A DNA stretch of 64,000 bases from Magallana gigas (taxonomy: Eukaryota), in NCBI RefSeq assembly GCF_963853765.1, contig NC_088854.1:682001-746000 (forward strand). Reading direction: 5' to 3'. The notes beneath the pieces are model-generated. The model was not told the origin of the DNA. It made no database searches and was given only the letters and a program-made list of their open reading frames with translations. The translations under genes were made by a program, and so were the position numbers. Below are positions 13,461-23,816 of the stretch, piece after piece; the first letter of the stretch is position 1; each line of letters begins with the position of its first letter.

Positions 13461-14368
13461 CTAGACTTTGACCCGTGCGTGCACGGGTTGACATTGCATA
13501 TCGGACATTTACGAAATATAGATACATCCACAGGGGACCAAGCCCGTTTTAACATTAATTTCAATGTAACCATTTATAATTAATGCCTCACATATACCCG
13601 TAATGTTACAAAAAATTGCAGAATCGCCCCGTACCGATTTTGGAGAAAAATAATGAAGAAGCATTGAAAATAACAGTCAAATTAATCATAATAAACCATT
13701 TTGAGACTGACTGTAAATACCTTTCATCTAAAAATTTAATCAATATAATGTAAAAATTCTACACCTTTTTAACAACGTACACGTATTTCTTTGCTACAGA
13801 GACAATACACGGAACGCATTCTATCGTAAAACCAGGTCCGCAGGACATAAATATATTTTTTTTTCATTTTAACGATAAAACAATATATACATTATATGTT
13901 CACCCTCCTAAAAGATACACAAAGACAAAAGAAAGTACTAAGTAAATATGTATATTTGTTATTCTAAAATTTCTCTCATAAGGAATCATAAAATTAATAT
14001 ATATGAATAGAATATATAGCAATTAAATTTCCAATGAAAATTTACACGTATTTGTACTATCGTTTCTGAGTTTACTAATGCAAATATGATTTTGTGGAAA
14101 CATAAACTAAAGATCCCGTTAGCGTGAATGTATTGCGCACGCGCTAGATTGTAAAATTCAAAAAATCCAGATGATTTCCGGAATTTTTTGAGGAATTTCA
14201 CTGAATATTAATTAGCGAAGCTTGATTGAGAAAAAAAATAAAAACAAATAGGTAATCTTCAAGTATCAATGATTTTTAAAATATATAAAACAAAAGGCAA
14301 TACTCTTCCGATGTATCGGTCTTAAAGCTTACAAATTCGAGTGTGTTATTTTAATATAGTAGTATAGA
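13461..14368 (-). mobile_element. Non-autonomous Helitron (908 bp)
   Basis: Minus strand starts TCTATACTACTATATTAAAA at 14368 and ends with hairpin CCCGTGC-AC-GCACGGG then CTAG at 13461. Inserted between A and T, no TSD. Confidence 0.85.
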
Positions 14369-14673
14369 TTGAATTTAGAACAAAAAACCACGAAAATTGA
14401 TCTCCAACGAATAATGAGGAATCTATAGAATTTCAAAACCAAACTCTTATCTAAATTGTGACAATTATTTGTATTTTTGCAGAGAAACCGCAGTTATTTT
14501 TTTTTCTCTGTAATGAGAACTTAGTTCATTTATATTCCTCAATATTTGGTTTAAAATACATCGCTTGGTATGTATACATGTATACAGTATATGGATGGCA
14601 TGTCATGGTAATTGGTAAATATTACCTAAGAGATCCATGTTCGAAGTCTATTTCACAATGGATTTGAACTCCT

Positions 14674-15158
14674 CAGTGGCGTCGGAACCAAATTGAAAGT
14701 TGGGGGGGGGGGGGGGGGGGGGCTAGACTAATCCTCAGATGTCTTGACAAGCAAAATTAAAAAAAAAAAAAACTAATTCCCAAAATCAGGAAAATCCTAA
14801 TCCGTGGGGGGGGGGAAGGGGGGGGGGGAAGGGGGGGGGGGGGTATACCTGTAGAACCCAAAAAAAATTCTTACCCCCAAAAAATTCTTACCTACCAAAA
14901 TATTTTCCCCTCATCTTGAAATTCCTAATCCGTGGGGAAGGGGGGGGGGTGTCATGTGTCATAATTATGACTCCAATATCTCAATATTTTCGTCTTGTCA
15001 AGGTAAATTTTGGAACAATTTTCTTTCCTACGAGAAAAAGTGGAGGGCTGAACCCTCTATGATGCTATGTGCCTAATGGTAAGGTCTAACTTTGCAAAAA
15101 AAGTGGGGGCTTAGCCCCCCCCCCACCCCCACCCCCCCCCCCGGTTCCGACGCCTATG
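14674..15158. mobile_element. G/C-homopolymer-rich MITE with 16-bp TIR and 5-bp TSD
   Basis: CAGTGGCGTCGGAACC ... GGTTCCGACGCCTATG, flanked by CTCCT at 14669-14673 and 15159-15163. Confidence 0.8.
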
Positions 15159-15349
15159 CTCCTTCATATATAGATTGTATCTTGTCTAATTCTGACAGGA
15201 CGCTCAACCCGTGCCGATAAAAATGCCGGTGCATTATTAATTTCATATCACGAATTCCAATGTAAGAAAGGTGTTTTAAATAAGATTCTTCACAGGAATC
15301 ATAAACCGATAAGAATTTAACAGATTTTATGTGGGTTTTTTTAAACAAT

Positions 15350-16086
15350 TCAGTCTGTTTCGTACAACAAATATCCAGAGAAAGTGGAGAAAGCACCATC
15401 AATTGTGACACCGTCTTCGTGGAAATGGTCGTTGATTTTGACCAGGACTCTGTCACCGATGTCTAGAGCAGACACAGCCATATTGGAACCAGGAGAATAG
15501 AGGTCACGGTCACCGGCATAGATTCGACACGTTGCCGTTTTTCACCATCTCAGCCTCCAAACTCTTTCCGGGGCTCGTAGTAATGGTGGCATACAGAACA
15601 TACACCCCTTTAGAGTTCGGTGTAAAGATTCCAGAAGTTTTATCGTAAACATTCCCGCTATTCAAAATAACACTGTCAAACACAAGTACTTGGTTGTGCC
15701 GGAGATTGGAAGGGTTAATGGACATAGCGGCGGAGTATGCTGCTGGATAGTTACCGATCATGTGTTTAGGAACCAGTCTACCTGAAATTTTAAATCATGT
15801 TTTTTTTTTCATTTTCATAAACATGTGCATTGTAATACAATAAACCTATTGTAAACTTTAGATGAAATTTCAAAATGTAAAAAAAATGCTGCAATTTCAA
15901 GAATGGATTTAGAATGTATGTATATTGAATCCTAAAATAGTTTTTTTTAATCATGTACATATATATTCTAACTGATAAGAAATTATGTGGAATTCGATTA
16001 CAAGAAATGTACCTTTCCTTGTGTGTTTAACGTTCTGCGGCAATGGTTGGTAACCAGTTGAATTCTGAGTGTATCTAACTTTTTTC
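15350..16086 (-). pseudogene. C1qDC copy 4 pseudogene
   Basis: Exon 2 15781-15350 is 432 nt, a 5-nt deletion near 15528 relative to copy 2 that causes a frameshift. Intron 16012-15782. Only the 3' ~70 nt of exon 1 remain (16013-~16086, ...NSTGYQPLPQNVKHTRKG) with internal deletions. No ATG, signal peptide or coiled coil. Confidence 0.88.
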
Positions 16087-16132
16087 TACGAATAAAGATT
16101 GGAACGAGTTATCAACTATCTTGAGGAACAAG

Positions 16133-18196
16133 ATGGCGGATGAACTCAGAGGGTGCTACACTTTGCATGAAATGTTTACAATTGTGGGTAGTAGGATGAC
16201 CCAAAGAGACATCAATATACTAAAATACCTATATAATGGTATTATGCCCCAAAGAATAATAGGAAGAGTGAAGGACGGGGTAGAATTTTTGCTGGGACTG
16301 GAAAAGATGAACCGTGTTGATGAAACCAACTTTAAATACGTCGTTGATTTGCTTAGAATGATTTCTCGGCACGATTTACTGCAGTTTGTCACTTTAAGGA
16401 AACGCAAGCCAGGTAAATTATTTATAATAAGAGATGGTTAAACAACAGTGATATGGAATTTGACATTGTTTATTCTATTATTAAGTGTTAAGTGCACATT
16501 ATCATTTTTGGTGTACTGGTTCAGAACGTAATGATGTTTCTTTCCTTGCTAAAGTAATGAGCAGGTGAATGAGTTTTCTTGTGTGTCCATTGATTTATGT
16601 GGTAGCGTCAGATATTTGGTATTTCTTATGTTACGCATTTATACAGAATGGAAATTAAAGATGTCATTAATTTTCTAGTTTGTCCAGATCCTGTCACTGA
16701 ATACTTAGAGGAGTCATCAAGACTGTCAAACATACCAACTAACCTACCACGGGAGAAAAAGCGGAAAAGCACAGAACTGTCATTCCAAGATCATGGTAAA
16801 GTCCGGAGGCTATCTCTACACAGGAAGGCAAAATCCAGATCTGGGTTTGCCAGTGAGTCATCTCACAGTAACCAGAGTGCTGATCTGGAGACGGCTACAA
16901 CTTCTGTCCAGAGTCAGGGGTTGCTTCGTGTGGATGACAGTGACCAAGAGCCAGGTGCAAATAAAACAAAAGTTACGTGTGGTAAGTAAAAAATTCCAAC
17001 TCTATTTTTTACCTGACAGATAGTTATTGGGTGAAAGATTTTAAGGATATTTCAGCAGCTATCGAATCTGCTGTTGCAGATACGAGTCAAGATGATATTT
17101 CATTGATCAACGTTTTTCAAATTTGTGTATAGTAAATTGTAGACATTTCTTGTAAATAATTTAAAGAAAGTCAAAACCTCAACATAACATACATTTTATG
17201 AAATATAAGTATGCTATAGACTATTGTATAATTGTGTCTTAATTGTTCAGATATTCGTTTGAGAGTGCGAGCCGAGTATAGTGATCATGTGACTGCTTTA
17301 ACTGGTAACGTGAACTCAAACAAAGCCACACTGTTAGAGAGACAGTTTGAGAAATTCATGCAGGCTACGAACATTCTGAAATCCCGTGATCTAGGATCCA
17401 TTGTGTGTGATATCAAGTTCACAGAACTCACTTACTTGGATGCATTCTGGAGAGATTATTTGAATGGATCTTTATTAGAGGCCCTCAAAGGGGTATTTAT
17501 TACAGGTGGGTACATTATATATCAAGTAATCTAATTCAAGGTACCACCTTTTTCCGATCATTTTAATGTGAGAGATACTGTTGATTCATTTAAATTTGTG
17601 GGGGCAAATTTTTGTGGAATATAGTCATGTGGACATAATTTCGTGGATGCATCGGTTTCAGTAAGAAAACTAAGTCTTTCAAATTTTGTTTTCTTTGATG
17701 ATGTAAATTCGTGGGGGAGGGCTATCCATTAATACATCAAAAATTGAGCCACCACGAATTCTATTGATTTCACAGTAAATCACATTGAAAGAGCCTTCAT
17801 AGAATATTGTTCTACCTTCAAAATTTTTTTTCATAGTTTGCCCAGTGAGATATGCATAAATTACAAAGCTTTCTATGACAGTGTATTCCTGGTGTTTCTT
17901 TTGGGGAATTATTACATCAGTAGCATAACAATTGAACAAGCATATAAACAGTTACACCAAAGTAATTTTTTATGTTTATATGTTTTATATGTAAACTGTC
18001 TTCATCCAATCAATATTTTTACTAATAAATTTATTCCTTGAATCAAGTCACTGATTTTCTTCTACAATCTGTAGATTCCTTGAAGGAGGCTGTTGGTAAC
18101 GAGTCGATTAAATTGTTAGTGAGTGTCGATGAAGACGACTACGAGGCCGGGAGATTGCTGTTGCTTGAAAACATGAAACGATCGCAGCAATGCTAA
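16133..18196 (+). CDS. DEDD: Death effector domain-containing protein (DEDD/DEDD2 family), 319 aa
   Basis: Exons 16133-16412, 16679-16981, 17251-17505, 18075-18196; all introns are phase-1 GT-AG. N-terminal DED, then VCPDPV..YLEE, DIRLRVRAEY, RDLGSIVCDIKFTELTYLDAFWRDYLNGSLLEALKGVFITDSLK, matching recalled vertebrate DEDD. Confidence 0.93.
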
Positions 18197-18636
18197 ACAA
18201 CACTGAAAGTAACCACCAATTTCAGACCTTGGTCATTATCATCTCATTTGTTTGTGCAAGACAAGACTTGCATCAAGTGTATTTTGTGTGTGAAGGAAAA
18301 ATGAACACAGACTTCCAGATCTGTTATGTAGGATGTTGCTTCAGTATGTTTCCTTAGCATAAAATGTAGTGAATTGTGAATAAGAGTTGTGAGTAAATGA
18401 ATACATGTTTGTAAAGATGGATGAATTTATATGCAACATAGTTTGTATGCAGAATTTCTTGTTAGGATTGTAGAAATGTCTGCTATCTTGAGCATTGATG
18501 ACTTTTCTTGACATGATTTATAAAAGATTTCTTGATGTGTTGGTAGATGAATTTGTACATATTGAAATCATGTAAATTACCATTTATTTATTTCTGAAAG
18601 ATATGTAATTACAATACAGTTTTGTAATGTTTATAA

Positions 18637-18642
18637 AATAAA
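18637..18642 (+). terminator. Probable DEDD polyadenylation signal
   Basis: AATAAA ~440 nt after the stop, at the end of a UG/U-rich UTR-like stretch. Confidence 0.45.
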
Positions 18643-19092
18643 CATCTCAAACTCAATCACACCATTTTAAAGAGACTACTGTGCATGCTTCATATTATGT
18701 CATAAGGAATATTCAGTTGTTTGCAAAATAATTGCATACATTCAAATATCCGAGCCAAGCTTAATCTCATCAACTAAAAAATACTGGTTTATGACAGAGA
18801 CTTCTTGCTTTCACTCATAAATTTCTTTTTGGAAGTTTGAAAAATATATCTTGCCAAGTGTAATCAAACCTAAACTAAAAGCAAAATATGGAATAATGAG
18901 GTTGAGGTCATCAGATGGAAGATGTCAGAACAACTAAACACTGTTATATATCTCTCACCAATATGTATCTTCAGATGTGTTTGATTAAAATTCCTAAGAA
19001 GTAAGCTAAAAGAATAAATGGAATAGGAAATCTAAGGTCATATTTTATATATACAGTGATTTTTTCTCGAATATTCAATTTCGCAGGGTTTT

Positions 19093-21521
19093 TTTTTAGC
19101 TCACCTTTCGGTTCAAGTGAGCTTTTCTGATCACCCGTTGTCCGTCGTCCGTCCGTCCGTCCGTCCGTCTGTCTGTCTGTCCGTCCGTCTGTAAACTTTT
19201 CACATTTTCAACTTCTTCTCAAAAACCACTGGGCCAAATTTAACCAAATTTGGTACAAAGCATCCTTATGGAAAGGGGGTTATAAATTGTAAAAATAAAG
19301 GGCACAGCCCTTTTCAAAAGGGAGATAATTGCGAAACAGTAAGTATAGGGTGCATGTCTTTAAAAATCTTCTTCTCAAGAACCACTGCACCAGAAATGCC
19401 AATATTTACACAAAAGCTTGTATATATAGTGAAGATTCTAAATTGTAAAAATCGTGACCCTCGGACCAAAACTGGGGCCCCAGGCGGGGTTCAAAGTTTA
19501 ACATAGAAATACATAGGAAAATGTTTTAAAAATCTTCTTCTCAAGAACCACTGCACCAGAAATGCCAATATTTACACAAAAACTTGTATATATAGTGAAG
19601 ATTCTAAATTGTAAAAATCGTGACCCTCGGACCAAAACTGGGGCCCCAGGCGGGGTTCAAAGTTTAACATAGAAATACATAGGAAAATGTTTTAAAAATC
19701 TTCTTCTCAAGAACCACTGCACCAGAAATGCCAATATTTACACATAAGCTTGTATACATAGTGAAGATTCTAAATTGTAAAAATCGTGACCCTCGGACCA
19801 AAACTGGGGCCCCAGGCGGGGTTCAAATTTAACATAGATATACCTTAGGAAAATGTTTAAAAAATCTTCTTCTCAAGAACCACTGCACCAGAAATGCCAA
19901 TATTTACACAAAAGCTTGTATATATAGTGAAGATTCTAAATTGTAACAATCGTGACCCTCGGACCAAAACTGGGGCCCCAGGCGGGGTTCAAAGTTTAAC
20001 ATAGATATACCTTAGGAAAATGTTTAAAAAATCTTCTTCTCAAGAACCACTGCACCAGAAATGCCAATATTTACACAAAAGCTTGTATGTATAATGAAGA
20101 TTCTAAATTGTAGAAATCGTGACCCTCAAATCAAAACAGCAGCCCCAGGCGGGGTTCAAAGTTTAACATAGAACTACATATGAAAAATGTTTAAAAATTT
20201 TCTTCTCAAAAACCACTTCACCAAAAATGCCAATACATACACAAACGGTTGTATATATAGTGAAGATTGTAAAAATCGTGACCCCTGAATAAAAAGTGGG
20301 GCTCCAGTAGGGGTTTAGATTTTAACATATATAGGAAAATGTTTTAAAATCTTCTTCTCAAGAACTATAGTGCAACTGTTTGGGATATTACTATGCATAC
20401 ATGTACATCCTTAAATAATGTAGATTCAAAAAATTGTAACTCCCGGACAATTGATGGACACCAAGAGGGGTTCAAAATTTAAACATTTTAAAAAACATAA
20501 AGGAAAAGTTTAAAAATTTTCTTCTCAAGAACTACAATGTTTTAGTTTGTGGAATTTCTATGCCTTCGCTCATGTAGATTCCTAATTGGTAAAATCGTGA
20601 CCCCCGGACCAATACTGGGGCCCCAAGATGGGGTCAAAGTTTATTATAGAAATATAAAGGTAACGTTAAAATATCTTCTTCTCGAGAACTACAATGCCTC
20701 AATTTGTGAGATTACTATCATGCATACAACCTTGGATAATGAAGGTTCGACAGTTTTAAAATAGTGACCCCTGGACTAATACTAGGGACCCAAGATGGGT
20801 TTAAAGTTAAATGTAGAAGTACCGGTATATATGGAAAATGTTTAAAAATCTTCTTTTCGAGAACTACAATGCATCAATTTGTCAGATAACTACGTAAGCA
20901 CCCTCAAATAGTGTAGATTCGAAATTATAAAAGCTGTGACCTCAATCTAATACTGGGGCCCCAAGAGGTGTTCAAAGTTTAGCATAGAAATATAGAGGGA
21001 AAATGTTGAAAAATCTTTTTCTAGGGAACTATAATGCTTCAGCTTGTGAGATAACTATGCAAGCATCCTTAAATAATGTAGATTCAAAATAATTAAAACT
21101 TTAGCCCTGGACTAATACTGTGGCCCCAAGAGGGGTTCAAAGTTTAACATAGAAAGATATATTGAAAATGTTTTTAAAAAGTTTTTCTCGAGAACTATAA
21201 TGCTACAGTTTGTGAGATTATTATGCAAGGATCCTCAAATTGTGTAAACTCTAATGTAGTGGAACCAAGAGTTATCATTCTTGATGTTCTGTACAGTCTG
21301 AGAGTTATTTCTCTTGAAGTGGAACTCTGCTACGTTCAGTTTTTCAGGTTGTGTACGTGCGGTCCTACCGCAGTGCTACACATTTTCATTCCTATGTTAC
21401 TGTTTATGTTGTTCAAGCCAACCATAAACCTCGGACCATAACTGGGTCCCCAGAAAGGGGTTCAATGTTTAAAATAGAAAAAGCATATGCTACGAAATGT
21501 AATGTTACAAGGAACTGCTGT

Positions 21522-21555
<34 letters not shown>
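19093..21555 (+). mobile_element. Cg_HINE-type Helentron element with a long ~165-170 bp satellite-like array
   Basis: 5' TTTTTAGCTCACC (internal deletion in the IR), (GTCC)n(GTCT)n, near-identical units 19370-20150 then degenerate units, 3' CAGGTGAGCGATGTGGCCCATGGGCCTCTTGTT. Confidence 0.9.
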
Positions 21556-21558
<3 letters not shown>

Positions 21559-23091
21559 ATCGCGATGACTTTCACGTCGCGAAAAATATTTACTGATATC
21601 AAGAATTGTTTGTTATTAAAAACTTTCTTGAAATCACAATACATTACTTACGCCAGAGAATAAATAATTAACATGTTATTTTTGTCTCTGCTTACGCAAA
21701 TAAAAAAAAAAAGCTAGGTTGCATGTTTACTCTGCATTTTAAAAAAATTGTCACACGCAAAAAATGGATCTACGGCAGGTATATATGACCAAAGTAAGAA
21801 AATAACGACCCCGTTGAATGGCTCAGTTTTGTAAGATTAGTTAAATGAGGAAACTGTCTTAGTTTTATTTCGTGTTACACTTCAAATGAAACGTTAAAAT
21901 CGGCTGTTCTGATAGGTTACTGGTTCTGATACATAGATAAGTGAACGGCGGATCCAGCCCTCCCCCCGTTTGCATTTTCAAATTTTTGTTTAAATTGTAC
22001 ATACTTTCAATTTAGTCTGAAAAGTTCAGATTATTATTGAAATACTAATTATCATTAATCAGACATTTATTAAGTAATCAGGTGAAATTGTTACACATAC
22101 ACACATGCGTATTTAAAAGGGACATATGGGCAAAGTAAAGAAAAAAAAAGTATATGAAACACTGTAGTGGCACTGATGGAAATGTAAATATATAAATTTA
22201 CGACCGAAAACATTTATAATGTGTGTGTGTTCTACGATTCATAATGGCGGTCTGGTGCGTCCTCCGGGGTGCGGAGATGATAAGTAAATAAGTAAGTATG
22301 TAATTCAACAAATGATTATGCAAGATGTGTCCGTTAAAAGTTTTACATTTTTAACTTTTTCTTAAAACTGCAAGGCCAATTGTTACCAATTTTGATTTGA
22401 AGCATTTCTTGGATAATGGGAATGTATGTTGTGAAATTTATTGCCTTCTGTCTGTGGAACGCAGGAAAATCAGTACTGTATACGGTTTCGTTCTACAGAA
22501 AAAATTGCTTCGCCCTATGCCATGGACACCAACTGCGTAGTCTTTTGGTTCTGAACTGGGACGAAGCAAGTAATAGGTATTCACCCCCCCTCCCATACAA
22601 TTTTTTTATTTTTTGAAAGAAGATGGGTGAATAAGGCGTGTAAACTGCCTATATTGGGATAGATAAGATACTATAAAATTAAAATATGAACAAATATCAT
22701 CATTTCTTTCTAAATTATTGAAAACAATGTATATTTACCATAACATCGATTTATAACCTTTAAATATGTTAAATATTTATAATAGGTTAATTTAAACTGG
22801 CGTTGCGTGTCAAAACCTCCAAATAGTGTCATTTTTAGAACTTCAATGCCTTTTCTTTTATAGAGTGGGTCTGGGCTCCATATTTTTGTCATATAATCTG
22901 TATAAGGTTTACAGGAAATCAAACCGATTTCAATCAACAAAAACGTGGAGAGATGACTCACTATACTTTAAAAATGTTATTTTATATCCCAGCAAATGAA
23001 CGTTTTAGAGAAATAATACAAGTCCGTAAATTCGTGGTTGAAGTTGGATTTAGCATTTAACATTGATGTTTGTTGTGACTTAAATGGCTCA

Positions 23092-23231
23092 NNNNNNNNN
23101 NNNNNNNNNNNNNNNNNNNNNNNNNNNNNNNNNNNNNNNNNNNNNNNNNNNNNNNNNNNNNNNNNNNNNNNNNNNNNNNNNNNNNNNNNNNNNNNNNNNN
23201 NNNNNNNNNNNNNNNNNNNNNNNNNNNNNNN
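23092..23231. other. Assembly gap (140 N)
   Basis: Run of N. Confidence 1.
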
Positions 23232-23816
23232 TAGGTTGTGGGTTCGATACCACCAATACTTTAGAATTTATTTATTTTTATTGTCGTTTGTTAAAATATT
23301 CAAAACTGAATATAGTTAAAATTGTGCTTTTGTAAACTTGCAATATAACATCATCTAGTATATTTGGTCGGGAAAAAATTAATTTGAAATTGTTTTTCAC
23401 GACAAAACCAAATGGGCATTTCTTATTCCTATCTCCTCTTATTCTACCTTATTCCCCCATCCTCTTTCACGAAGTTGGAGGGATTTTATTTAAAATTAAT
23501 TTTGAAACTAACTTTGAAAGTTAGATGGGTTTTTTATCGTCAATGTATATTTTGGATCTTTCCCCACCCCTCTCCAAAGTTCGAATTTAAAAACTACCCT
23601 TTTCGTTTGGACTGGATCCGCCTGTCAGTGTGGTATAGTTGGTGCACTTTTTGTATAAAGATACCAAGAGCTATGTAAAATTAGTTGATTGGTTATGCCG
23701 AAAAGTATCCTTTAAAGTTTTATGGTGGATCATCAGCAATCTTATAACAACACGAAAAGAATTTGGACGGCTTACTGCATAACGTCTGCACTTCCGGCGT
23801 AAACTATTTTGTAAAT

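Noticed and set aside
2535-16407. Antisense or alternate-frame ORFs over C1qDC and DEDD exons (2535, 2591, 11979, 15154, 16156)
   Set aside because: Shadows of the real coding frames; 15154-15456 is partly an alternate frame of the C1qDC-4 exon
21947-23622. 11-bp inverted match GGCGGATCCAG / CTGGATCCGCC suggesting one 1.7-kb element
   Set aside because: Short match, no TSD found, and an assembly gap lies between; may be two separate fragments
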